Part shown: positions 12,547 through 50,150 of the stretch, in pieces
How positions within the stretch are numbered: the first letter of the stretch is position 1
How the letters are laid out: every line of letters begins with the position of its first letter
Origin: Macrostomum lignano
Lineage: Eukaryota
DNA length: 64,000 bases
Reading direction: 5' to 3'
Assembly (NCBI GenBank): GCA_002269645.1
Contig: NIVC01001574.1
Span: 202,190 to 266,189, forward strand
The notes under the pieces: generated by a model
Database searches by the model: none
What the model was told of the DNA's origin: nothing
What the model saw: the letters and a program-made list of their open reading frames with translations, nothing else
Translations under genes and position numbers: made by a program

Positions 12547-12971
12547 GAAAAGACAAGACAGACAGTTTCTGTTATGTTGCTAGGAATGGGCTTCAATAAG
12601 TTTGTATTGTATAATTCACGATGAAACGGCTGCGACATTGACATTGACGTGTTTCTCTACAGCAGAGCGCATCAGATATTTTAATTAATTTAAAACTATT
12701 TTGCACAAGGCAGGTGCAAAGTCATTTATTACCTGCAATAAATGACTCATTTTATGCATTGCAATTTGTGCGCGTACTCAGTCACAAATGAGCACGAATT
12801 AAAGGGTCGAGAGGTTAAAAAAGAAAATAGTTTTTTTATTATCCTCTACTGTTAACAGTAGTATATGATCGAAGTGCTCTTATAAATAAAGTGTTTTTAA
12901 GTAGTTGAATCTCTCAGTGGTCAAGAATAAATTTATAATTAAAATTACAATAATATAGTAATCATTGATCG

Positions 12972-13200
12972 CACCTGCCCCAACTCAAACCAGGTGTGCA
13001 ACCGACAGCTCAGCCGCAGCTATTGCTCGGCGCCTCCGAAGGCTGCGTACGGCTGTTCAGTCCAAGGACTGGGGGTCGCCTCACACACCCTCAATTACCC
13101 CCAGCTAATGCTGGCACATATTTTACAGCTGGGTGAACTGAAGCAAAGCAGAGCTAATAAACACTCTATAAACGCTCTAAACACTGGGCTACAGCCTCTT
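12972..13200 (+). mobile_element. Dispersed SINE-like repeat, copy 1
   Basis: GTGCAACCGACAGCTCAGCCGCAGCTATTG...GAAGGCTGCGTACGG...AATTACCCCAGCTAATGCT recurs inverted at ~51955-52105 and partially at 50712-50758. Confidence 0.65.
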
Positions 13201-13416
13201 CTGAGCTGCTCCATCACAGCAGGGGCTGTCGCGAAGCGGTGATAATTATTTCAAACAGCCTTTTTATCTGTGTACTAACCGCTCCCAAATCTGCTTAACC
13301 TGCACCTCTGAGTCAACTTGCAAAAGTTGACAAAACGAATGCTGATAAAAGGAATTCTGTATCGAAGACGGTTTGACCATGCAGTGTTGCAGAAATATTT
13401 ACAGACGCCTCTGCTT

Positions 13417-38709
<25,293 letters not shown>

Positions 38710-38968
38710 CTTCTCAGCCGTAATTACCGATAAGTTGCGCAGCATTTTCTCAATATTTCTTAGAAACGGAGAGGTGTCCTTTCTCTAAGCTCTTCAAGAT
38801 CAATTCTTGAAGCAGTCAGCCGCTGACAATGGGCAGCAAAGTGACTGAAGCTGTGGCGTACGCAATCATCTCTGAGCGAGAGGAGATGGGGATGAAGCCG
38901 CTTGTCCAGAGTCTTGAGCCCTCTCTCTCTCTCCTGGAGCTGAAGTGAGCAAGGGCTCATGGCTGGGA

Positions 38969-39113
38969 TTTTTATACGCCCGTCCAGTTCGTCCCCCTTG
39001 AGCCTCTATATCCCACAAATTAGTGGGACTTCCACTGGGCGGGGGGCATTGCAGCGGCTCTGCAGCTCTGGCAGCTCTGGCTCGCCGCTATTGGCTGCTG
39101 AGCACCGACCAAT
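38969..39113 (-). promoter_or_regulatory. Probable core promoter of the Ig gene
   Basis: TATAAAAA on the minus strand at 38976-38969, GC box GGGCGG at 39037-39042, and CCAAT boxes in both orientations at 39090-39094 and 39109-39113. These lie ~260-400 bp upstream of the ATG at 38709. Confidence 0.55.
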
Positions 39114-39249
39114 CAGAGCGAGTCTCCGACTGAAGGGCTGGGCAGATTCGAGACGGACAGATCGACACTTGTTTTGGTCCTGGCCAAATACTTTCTAAAC
39201 GTTTTAGCATGGCTGCTGGCATACTCGCTGGCGGCGGGTCCACTGCAGC

Positions 39250-41672
39250 GTGCAATCAGTGGGAGTGCAATCAGTAGGTGTGCAATCAGTGGAAGTGCAA
39301 TCAGTAGGTGTGCAATCAGTGGAAGTGCAATCAGTGGGAGTGCAATCAGTGGGAGTGCAATCAGTGGGAGTGCAACCAGTGGGAGTGCAATCGGTGGGTA
39401 TGCAATCAGTGGGTGTGCAACCAGTGGGTGTGCAATCAGTCGGAGTGCAATCAGTGGGAGTGCAATCAGTGGGTGTGCAATCAGTGGGAGTGCAATCAGT
39501 GGGTGTGCAATCAGTGGGTGTGCAATCAGTGGGAGTGCAATCAGTGGGAGTGCAATCAGTGGGAGTGCAACCAGTGGGAGTGCAATCGGTAGGTATGCAA
39601 TCAGTGGGTGTGCAACCAGTGGGTGTGCAATCAGTCGGTGTGTAATCAGTGGGAGTGCAATCAGTGGGAGTGCAATCAGTGGGTGTGCAATCAGTGGGAG
39701 TGCAACCAGTGGGTGTGCAATCAGTCGGAGTGCAATCAGTGGGAGTGCAATCGGTAGGTGTGCAATCAGTGGGTGTGCAATCAGTGGAAGTGCAATCAGT
39801 GGGAGTGCAATCAGTGGGAGTGCAATCAGTGGGAGTGCAATCAGTGGGAGTGCAATCAGTGGGAGTGCAATCAGTGGGAGTGCAATCAGTGGGAGTGCAA
39901 TCAGTGGGAGTGCAACCAGTGGGTGTGCAATCAGTCGGAGTGCAATCAGTGGGAGTGCAATCAGTGGGAGTGCAATCAGTAGGTGGGCAATCAGTGGGTG
40001 TGCAATCAGTGGGAGTGCAATCAGTGGGTGTGCAATCAGTGGGAGTGCAATCAGTGGGAGTGCAATCAGTAGGTGTGCAATCAGTGGAAGTGCAATCAGT
40101 GGGAGTGCAATCAGTGGGAGTGCAATCAGTGGGAGTGCAATCAGTGGGAGTGCAATCAGTGGGAGTGCAATCAGTGGGAGTGCAACCAGTGGGTGTGCAA
40201 TCAGTGGGAGTGCAATCAGTGGGAGTGCAATCAGTGGGAGTGCAATCAGTGGGAGTGCAATCAGTGGGAGTGCAATCAGTGGGAGTGCAATCAGTGGGAG
40301 TGCAATCAGTGGGAGTGCAACCAGTGGGTGTGCAATCAGTCGGAGTGCAATCAGTGGGAGTGCAATCAGTGGGAGTGCAATCAGTGGGAGTGCAATCAGT
40401 GGGAGTGCAATCAGTGGGAGTGCAACCAGTGGGAGTGCAATCGGTAGGTATGCAATCAGTGGGTGTGCAACCAGTGGGTGTGCAATCAGTCGGTGTGTAA
40501 TCAGTGGGAGTGCAATCAGTGGGTGTGCAATCAGTGGGTGTGCAATCAGTGGGAGTGCAACCAGTGGGTGTGCAATCAGTCGGAGTGCAATCAGTGGGAG
40601 TGCAATCGGTACGTGTGCAATCAGTAGGTGTGCAATCAGTGGAAGTGCAATCAGTGGGAGTGCAATCAGTGGGAGTGCAATCAGTGGGAGTGCAATCAGT
40701 GGGAGTGCAATCAGTGGGAGTGCAATCAGTGGGAGTGCAATCAGTGGGAGTGCAACCAGTGGGTGTGCAATCAGTCGGAGTGCAATCGGTGGGAGTGCAA
40801 TCAGTGGGAGTGCAATCAGTGGGAGTGCAATCAGTGGGAGTGCAATCAGTGGGAGTGCAATCAGTGGGTGTGCAATTAGTGGGAGTGCAATCAGTGGGAG
40901 TGCAATCAGTAGGTGTGCAATCAGTCGAAGTGCAATCAGTGGGAGTGCAATCAGTGGGAGTGCAATCAGTGGGAGTGCAATCAGTGGGAGTGCAATCAGT
41001 GGGAGTGCAATCAGTGGGAGTGCAATCAGTGGGAGTGCAACCAGTGGGTGTGCAATCAGTCGGAGTGCAATCAGTCGGTGTGTAATCAGTGGGAGTGCAA
41101 TCAGTGGGTGTGCAATCAGTGGGTGTGCAATCAGTGGGAGTGCAACCAGTGGGTGTGCAATCAGTCGGAGTGCAATCAGTGGGAGTGCAATCGGTAGGTA
41201 TGCAATCTGTGGGTGTGCAATCAGTGGGTGTGCAATCAGTGGGTGTGCAATCAGTGGGTGTGCAATCTGTGGGTGTGCAATCAGTGGGTGTGCAATCGGT
41301 AGGTGTGCAATCTGTGGGTGTGCAATCAGTGGGTGTGCAATCTGTGGGTGTGCAATCAGTGGGTGTGCAATCAGTGGGAGTGCAACCAGTGGGTGTGCAA
41401 TCAGTCGGAGTGCAATCAGTGGGAGTGCAATCGGTAGGTATGCAATCTGTGGGTGTGCAATCAGTGGGTGTGCAATCAGTCGGAGTGCAATCAGTGGGAG
41501 TGCAATCGGTAGGTATGCAATCTGTGGGTGTGCAATCGGTAGGTGTGCAATCAGTGGGTGTGCAATCAGTGGGTGGGCAATCAGTGGGTGTGCAATCTGT
41601 GGGTGTGCAATCAGTGGGTGGGCAATCAATGGGTGTGCAATCAGTGGGTGTGCAATCTGTGGGTGTGCAATC
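39250..41672. repeat. 15-bp minisatellite (TGCAATCAGTGGGAG)n, ~160 copies, with higher-order block duplications
   Basis: Direct reading. A diagnostic variant block recurs at ~39590 and ~40445. Confidence 0.98.
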
Positions 41673-42142
41673 ACCGAGTCCAACCGCCCCGTGCTGCTGC
41701 AGCATTGACAGTCAGAGCCGACAACCGCACGCACCAGTGGCTCCAGCTTCCCAAGCCAGCCCTCTCGAGCTGTGGATGCTTCAAGAGCCCCCCACACGAT
41801 CTGCACGGAGACCCGCAGCAAGTGGCTCGCGGCGGGGGGTCCGCAGATTTGCAGTGGAATTTTTATTTATCGAGTTTGATGGCAGCGCTCGGAGACTGGC
41901 GATGAAGATGCTTTACAGTGCGCTGGCACGGAGCGGAGAGCCACTTTGGACATGCCGGAAATTGGCGGGCGACCCTGGATCGATTGATTACGAGAGCTCG
42001 ATTGAAAATTTCTATTTTTTTATACAGAAGCTGGATGAAGGTTTGTGGCGATTTTTACGATGCAGACACCGGCGAAGTAAGGATTAAAAGGACGGTTGGG
42101 CAGCCTCAGTTCAGCTGCAATCTGCAGAAGTGGTTCGTTTCA

Positions 42143-42663
42143 ATAGATAAACATCCCAAACACTCGATAAACATCCCAAACACTCGATAAACATCCTAAA
42201 CAGTCGATAAACATCCCAAACACTCGATAAACATCCCAAACACTCGATAAACATTCCCAAACACTCGATAAACATCCCAAACACTCGATAAACATCCCAA
42301 ACACTCGATAAACATTCCCAAACACTCGATAAACATCCCAAACACTCGATAAACATCCCAAACACTCGATAAACATTACCAAACACTCGATAAACATCCT
42401 AAACACTCGATAAACATCCTAAACACTCGATAAACATCCTAAACACTCGATAAACATCCTAAACACTCGATAAACATCCCAAACACTCGATAAACATCCC
42501 AAACACTCGATAAACATTCCCAAACACTCGATAAACATTCCCAAACACTCGATAAACATTCCGAAACACTCGATAAACATTCCCAAACACTCGATAAACA
42601 TCCCAAACACTCGATAAACATTACCAAGCACTCGATAAACATTCCCAAGCACTCGATAAACAT
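42143..42663. repeat. 20/21-bp minisatellite (AAACACTCGATAAACATCCC)n
   Basis: Direct reading. Confidence 0.95.
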
Positions 42664-43117
42664 CCCTAAATCCAAAGCACAAAATTCGGAAGACAATATC
42701 CGTATTTTAGGGAGATTATCCCCTCAAAATCTAGCAGCAGAAATGAAGAACCACACAAAGAATATTTTGCCACCCTACAACAGCCAGCCCCATCAATGCG
42801 AAAGCATTTCTGTGATGAATGATCTGCATTAGGCAAAGCCCTAAACCAATTAGTGGCACGTGAAACGCCCACATCCTTTACTAGGGCGGCCGAATGCTTA
42901 CAGAAGGCGATGTTGGCACCAAAATATTCGAGTGTAAAACCAGAAATGCCAATTTGTGCGAGTGCAGTCTAAGCCTAGAAAAATTGTAAGTGTCCGGAAT
43001 TTATCTTCCTGGCTTTGTTTCTGTATCCTTTTCGTGCATCATTAAATGTTGAAAGCTGAGGTTTTCTGTGAGATGGTTCACCGAGCTTCAATGAAAGTTG
43101 CATTGTGAAAAGACAGA

Positions 43118-43310
43118 CACTCATTTTGGGGCCGCAGGCACTCATTTTGACGCTGCAGGCACTCATTTTGGCGCCGCAGGCACTCATTTTGGCGCCGCAG
43201 GCACTCATTTTGGCGCTGCAGGCACTCATTTTGGCGCCGCAGGCACTCATTTTGGCGCCGCAGGCATTCATTTTGGCGCCACAGGCACTCATCATTTTGG
43301 CGCCGCAGGC
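43118..43310. repeat. 21-bp GGCGCC-core minisatellite (GCAGGCACTCATTTTGGCGCC)n
   Basis: Direct reading. Confidence 0.92.
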
Positions 43311-43529
43311 GCTGTGTTGTTGCCCTGCAGCAAAATTATTGATTTCTATAATGGACCACAAGGTGAGGTGGGGTGGGGGACAAAGCATTGGCACGTCCCC
43401 CCATAGATTTTACTGTGGGGGACATGTCCCCCCTGTCCCCTCCCCGGTGGCGACGCCCCTGGGGGATTTGTGCGAACTTTAGACTGGAATTTGTGTGAAC
43501 GGTCGTTGGTATTAGCGTGTACATCGGTT

Positions 43530-43760
43530 AGGGTTTATCTGAACATTGGTTGGGGTTTGTGTGAACATTGGTTGGGGTTTGTGTAAACACTAGTTGGGGT
43601 TTGTGTGAACACTAGTTGGGGTTTGTGTGAACACTAGTTGGGGTTTGTGTGAACACAAGTTGAGGTTTGTGTGAACACAAGTTGAGGTTTGTGTGAACAC
43701 TAGTTGAGGTTTGTGTGAACACTAGTTGGGGTTTGTGTGAATATTGGTTGGGGTTTGTGT
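43530..43760. repeat. 22-bp minisatellite (GTTTGTGTGAACACTAGTTGGG)n
   Basis: Direct reading. Confidence 0.9.
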
Positions 43761-44319
43761 GAAAGTGAGTTGCAAATCGAGTCAGGTTTGTTGGGTTTTG
43801 ATTAAATAAAAATGCAAAACTGGAAAGCAAATACTCAAAAAGGCCAAGTTGCATTGTGCTAATATACAAAACTGTCTAAAAAATAGTTCCTAAAGTTTAT
43901 TCTACCAATTTATTTACTACAAAGTTTCGATGGGAAAAGTAACTCTCTGCTAATAAATTCTAAATGTCTAAATGAGCAGCGCTATGAACTGAACAGAATC
44001 CAACATTACAGTCGGTGTGATCTCAAATAATACAATTATTTGAGAAATAATACAAGCTAACAGTCACTTGACAGCTGGCCAGTGAAGACAAGCGTGAAAG
44101 CAAATACAAAATACTCCATCTTCACTGACCATCTGGGACTGAAAAAATAGCAAAAGCAATCTTTTTTGATAAAAATAGGCGCACTAAACTACTCGTCAGT
44201 AGGGAGATCTGGGCTAAATGTGTCAGGCAAGGCTGCGGGGTTCAAGAGCTGAGGGATAACAGGTGACTGGTGTGTCTGACTGCCTGATGAGCCAGTTTAA
44301 TGAGCTTCCTGAGTCTCTG

Positions 44320-45030
44320 ACTGAATCTTCCTGACTCACTGTCTGACCCACTGACTGAATCTGTCTGACCCACTGACTGAATCTCCCTGACTCACTGACT
44401 GAATCTTCCTGACTCACTGACTGAATCTCCCTGACTGACTGACTGAATCTCCCTGACTCACTGACTGAATCTTCCTGACCCACTGACTGAATCTGTCTGA
44501 CCCACTGACTGAATCTCCCTGACTCACTGACTGAATTTCCCTGACTCACTGACTGAATCTCCCTGACTCACTGACTGAATCTTCCTGACTCACTTACTGA
44601 ATCTCCCTGACTCACTGACTGAATCTTCCTGACTCACTTACTGAATCTTCCTGGCTCAATGACTGAATCTCCCTGACTCACTGACTGAATCCTCCTGACT
44701 CACTGACTGAATCTCCCTGACTCACTGACTGAATCCTTCTGACTCACTGACTGAATCTCCCTGACTCACTGACTGAATCTCCCTGACTCACTGACTGAAT
44801 CTCCCTGACTCACTGACTGAATCTCCCTGACTCACTGACTGAATCTCCCTGACTCACTGACTGAATCTCCCTGACTCACTGACTGAATCCTCCTGACTCA
44901 CTGACTGAATCTTTCTGACTCACTGACTGAATCTCCCTGACTCACTGACTGAATCTCCCTGACTCACTGACTGAATATCCCTGACTCACTGACTGAATTT
45001 TCCTGACTTACTGACTGAATCTGTCTGACT
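44320..45030. repeat. 22-bp minisatellite (CTGACTGAATCTCCCTGACTCA)n
   Basis: Direct reading. Confidence 0.95.
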
Positions 45031-45528
45031 TTCTGATCTTTCTCAATCCTTTCTAGCGGTCAGACAAAGCAGGCAGAAGAGGTACAGAGTCAGAGTCTAC
45101 AGTTAAAACTCTGGAAAATAAGAACTAAAAGAACTAGACAAAAGCAAGCTTGTACATGACACTGACAGACTGCATCAGAGTATGAGCAGTTGATAAAAAA
45201 ACACATGCGAATGCAAAAAAGCACATTTAAAAAGACTTACAGTTGAACACAACACTAAAACACTGAATTCAAAGCTAAGGATAAGTTAATTGTGAGGCGA
45301 TAACGATAATTGATCAACCAGCTGCATTGATTACTAACAGTAGAAACACTAGGATTGTTTCGGTAATAAAATATTAATGTCCCGCTGCACCCTAACTGAG
45401 CCAGGTAGAAGAATTTCACACTGATAATAACCACTGCTTGACTCTACATTTCTCTAAGCTCAGGTGCAGCAGGACAGAATTAAACCAGAATTGGGACCCT
45501 GCTGTGAACAGTCAGACAGACTGGGGGG

Positions 45529-48500
45529 TCACATGTGCTCAGGGTGCTCCCGCAGCTGCTCAATAAAGTCCTGCGGCTTCATCTGGCCCGAGCAGATGAG
45601 GTGCACCGCCACCATCAGGGGGAACCGTTGCAGCTGGCCCTCCTCCTGCAGGGCTCGGTGCACCTCGGCCGCGATGAGGGGGCCCTGCAGACGCTGGCCG
45701 TCCAGCATCTCCTTCTCCAGCTGGCGCAGCGGCTTGCCGGTGAGGACCATCGCCTCTCCCAGCTTGCGGTTGCGGCCGCCGTAGCAGGTGGTCACGAGAT
45801 CGTGCATGCCAAGCGGCCCAGAGCCGTCATGGGTGGCTGCGGGTGGGGTGGTAGGCGGGTAGATAGGTGGATAGGTACCTAGGTAATTGGGTAGGTAGAT
45901 AGGTAGGTAGGTAGATAGGTAGTCAAGTTTGATAGGTAGCTAAGTAGATAGGTAGATAGATAGGTAGCTAGGTAGAAAGGTAGGTAGATAGGTAGGTAGA
46001 TATGTAGATAGATAGGTAGCTAGGTAGAAAGGTAGGTAGATAGGTGGGTAGATAGGTAGCTAGGTAGAAAGGTAGGCAGATAGGTAGCTAGGTAGAAAGG
46101 TAGGTAGCTAGGTAGATAGGTAGATAGGTAGGTAGATAATAGGTAGCTAGGTAGCTAGGTAGATAGGTAGCTAGGTAGATAGGTAGCTAGGTAGATAGGT
46201 AGGTAGTTAGGTAGCTAGGTAGATATGTAGGTAGTTATTTGGGTAGGTAGGGTAGCTTGTGGCGAGGCAGTGCATCTCAGTGGTAACGGTGCGTGTCTGA
46301 CCCTCGCGCTAGAGCACCCCCATGTTTGATTCGGCACCGGGCCACATTAACTTGGGGCCTTCTTTAAAAAAAATAACTTGAGGCTGTTCCAGCAGCCTGA
46401 GCGGAAGAGCTCAGCGGAATGGGCCTGCCTGCCTCCTGGCTGCAGGTGGCCTCGAACTTCTGCGACTTACTTAAGCGTCGGTAGCTTGTAACAGGTGGGC
46501 AGTAACAAAAGCAAGTTACGCAAATTTGCCAACTCACCCGCCCATTTGACATCCTTGGTGTTGTAGCAGGAAGAGATGATGTCCCCCATGCCGCAGCTCT
46601 GCATCAGTGTGCGCTTCGTCACGCCTGGGCGATAAATGATTGCGTAACGGCTGGATTGGCGTTGTTGAAAGACAGACAGACAGACAGACAGACAGACAGG
46701 CAGACAGACACTAAGACAGACAGATAGACAGACAGACAGACAGACAAACACACAGACAGACAGACACTAAGACAGACGGGACAGACGGACAGGCACACAC
46801 AGACACACAGACCGCAGTCTCACCAGCAGAGCCGTAGAACCGCTGCACATATCGCAGTATCTCCATGAAGCCCAGCCGGATCACAGCAGCCTTGGTGTTG
46901 TCCCCGAAGCCCAGAGCGTCGCAGAAGCCGGCCCCGGTGGCCACGATGCTCTTCAGGGCACCGCAGATCTCCACGGAGAATTCGTTCTCAATGATGCTGA
47001 TCCGGAAGTACGGCGTCTGAAACAGGCGCTTGAGCTCGGCGGCCCGGATGGGGTCCCGGCAGCCGAGGGTGGCCTCGCAGTACACCTCCTTGGCGATCTC
47101 TGGGGCGAGGTTCGCGCCCATCAGCACCGCGCATTCCATGCCGAGGTTGCTGCGAATCAGGTCGGTCAGCAGGCTGAGGCCTCTCGGCATTGGCTCCTGG
47201 GAATCACAGATCGGCTGGTTGTTCACTGAGCACCGCTGCCCTCCCTTGATTCTTCACTGAGCACCGCTGCCCTCCCCTGATTCTTCACTGAGCACGGCTG
47301 CCCTCCCCCTGATTTTTCACTGAGCACCGCTGCCCTCCCCTGATTCTTCACTGAGCACCGCTGCCCTCCCCCTGATTCTTCACTGAGCACTGCTGCCCTC
47401 CCCCTGATTCTTCACTGAGCACGGCTGCCCTCCCCCTGATTTTTCACTGAGCACCGCTGCCCCCCTCCCCTGATTCTTCACTGAGCACCGCTGCCCTCCC
47501 CCTGATTCTTCACTGAGCACCGCTGCCCTCCCCCTGATTTTTCACTGAGCACCGCTGCCCTCCCCCTGATTTTTCACTGAGCACCGCTGCCCCCCTCCCC
47601 TGATTCTTCACTGAGCACCGCTGCCCCCCCCCTGATTCTTCACTGAGCACCGCTGCCCCCCTCCCCTGATTCTTCACTGAGCACCGCTGCCCTCCCCCTG
47701 ATTCTTCACTGAGCACCGCTGCCCCCCCCCTGATTCTTCACTGAGCACCGCTGCCCTCCCCTGATTCTTCACTGAGCACGGCTGCCCTCCCCCTGATTCT
47801 TCACTGAGCACCGCTGCCCTCCCCTGATTCTTCACTGAGCACCGCTGCCATGGCCCTGATTCTTCACTGAGCACCGCTGCCATGGCCCTGATTCTTCACT
47901 GAGCACCGCTGCCCCCTCCCCTGATTCTTCAATGAGCACCGCTGCCATGGCCCTGATTCTTCACTGAGCACCGCTGCCATGGCCCTGATTCTTCACTGAG
48001 CACCGCTGCCCTCCCCCTGATTCTTCACTGAGCACCGCTGCCCTCCCCCTGATTCTTCACTGAGCACCGCTGCCATGGCCCTGATTCTTCACTGAGCACC
48101 GCTGCCATGGCCCTCACCTCTTCCTGCCCAGCAAAGACGCCCTTGATTAGCGAGACTGCACAGGCACCCGGCCGCGTGTGACCCTTCAGCCCAGCGAGCA
48201 CTCGAGGCAGAAACTGCTGAGGCAGCACAAATATGAGGATGTCAGCCCAGCTGCCCAGCTCAGCAAGGTCAGTGACAGCGATGGCATTCTCTGGAAGGCG
48301 AGTGCCCGCCAAGTACTTCACATTCTCATGCCGTGTATTGATAATGTCTGAAAGCTTTTCTTCACCAATCAGCTCCTCGTGAACCCAGATTCGCACCTGA
48401 TTGTTGAATTCAAATGATGGTAAACACAGATGAGTCTCACAGGTTATTGAACTAATAAACTGAATGCACTTTCACTAAAAGCTATTTTTGTGTTTAACAA

Positions 48501-49267
48501 AAATAAAAGCTTCATTTTCTATGAAGCTTTCTTAAAAGGTGTATAAACAACTTTTTAAACTATATTAGCCAACACACATTCTTTTACAAAGAATTCATCC
48601 CATAAAATTGTACTTAAAAATTAGACAATTTAGCCTAGATATTACATTAGACTTGATACAAATTTAAAGACTGTTAATGATTACTATTATCTAAACTGGT
48701 ATTGTTGTTATACCCAAAAACAAAATAAAATATAGCAAAAAACATGAAATAAAAACATAATTGCTTTATGAATTATACTAACTTCAGCACTAGTTGCTTA
48801 AAGCAAAGATTATTTAATAATTAAAATTCATAAAATTTATATTTAGCCTTAGGATAGAATGCATGGATATAAGGTAATCTTTCAATATTATACCATGAGA
48901 AACAAAATGATAGACCTTGCTGAGTCTATATTTGAATGTTTTAGGAATTGAATCTCAAGGAACCAACTAAATATTATAGGTCTAATAAATTTATAGATTA
49001 TATTGACATGTTTTACTGCCATATAGGCCAAATTGGGAGCCAATATTCTACTACACTTGAAATATTACTAATAAAATTTGTTTAGGCCTAGTAAAGTGAC
49101 AAAAGCACAAATCAAAAACCGATTTTTGAAACATAAGTCAGATGAGTTGACAATTTTCATTTTACCTCATTGCAAAACTCAGTTGAGCTGCGGGCATTGA
49201 GTGCGCATATTTTTGAAATGCAAGATCCCATATTGCCTGAACCAACAACAGCGACATGCTTTTCCAT
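45529..49267 (-). CDS. GPD1: NAD-dependent glycerol-3-phosphate dehydrogenase (GPD1/GPD1L family)
   Basis: Exons on minus strand: 49267-49166, 48396-48118, 47214-46824, 46624-46538 (cassette), 45836-45529, all GT-AG. Motifs VAVVGSGNMG, INTRHENVKYL, SLIKG, LMGANLA, VEICGALK, GDNTKAAVIRLG, DLVTTCYGGRNRK, GQRLQGP and a C-terminal HPEHM match GPD1. Length is 388 aa with the cassette and 359 aa without. Confidence 0.93.
45860..46250. repeat. Compound (TAGG/TAGA/TAGC)n microsatellite in the last GPDH intron
   Basis: Direct reading. Confidence 0.92.
46670..46805. repeat. (GACA)n microsatellite with CACTAAG interruptions in GPDH intron 3
   Basis: Direct reading. Confidence 0.9.
47222..48112. repeat. 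~29-32-bp minisatellite (CTGATTCTTCACTGAGCACCGCTGCCCTCCC)n forming GPDH intron 2
   Basis: The array occupies almost the whole 903-bp intron (47215-48117). Confidence 0.95.
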
Positions 49268-50150
49268 TACGCCGTGTGATTTAACTACCGATTACTGGCA
49301 CAAGTGCAATCAACCGAGGAAAAGCAAAAAGTGAAAAGCAAACGAATAGAGAAACAATTATCATAGAGAAAAAATCCAAAGGCTCACAATCTAGCAACTG
49401 ACATGTCCGTGTGTTGAACGAATTAGGCGAACTAATTAAAAATAGACTGTTTAAATATTGAGTTGACGCCAACTGCTGATCATTTTAAGCTATTGAATTT
49501 AATAAGTTACAGAAATAGAGTTACCTGACTTAAATCTAGTTTTTTAAAAATAAAACTCGTTTACTAGCTGTAGATATGTTTTTGGTTTTTGTTTTTTCTT
49601 TCTAAAGCCACGCGATAATATGTAAACCATATTTCAAAGTTTCAATCGTCTGCTTCACTTGTGAAGAGGTCGAGAGTCGTGCTTTAAAGTTTGCGTTACA
49701 AATATATGTATTTATTATACCATTCCATTATATTGTACCATACATATATAGCCAAAATATTGTCACAAAATATTTTTGGTTAGGTTGCTTTTGTCCATAT
49801 AATCTAATCTATAATCTATATAATCTATGATATTAATTCGTTTAATACCTTTTCCCCAAAAACATGCAGATGACCAATTTTTCTGAGATATACAGCTTCT
49901 ACTCTCGTAGCTTTAGGAGCACTTAAGTTCAACCTGTTTTAAAAATATATTTAATTTTTATTGATTTTCGTAGGGTCACAAAGATACTACGAAAAATTGT
50001 CTTTTGAGTCAATATCATTGCTTCAAGCAGTGTAGCGTTCGAACATAAAATTTTACTAAAGATAGCTCATGCATTGCCACTATGGATATACTAAAACTAT
50101 GCTTGGAGGCAAAAAAATATGCATGTAACACCTCGATAAAAAACGCGTGG

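Noticed and set aside
39113-41821. 902-aa IALPL and 833-aa TDCTP ORFs on the minus strand
   Set aside because: They are a by-product of a 15-bp unit and lie upstream of the Ig TATA box. Only the plus-strand frame with a leader was kept, as a weak lead.
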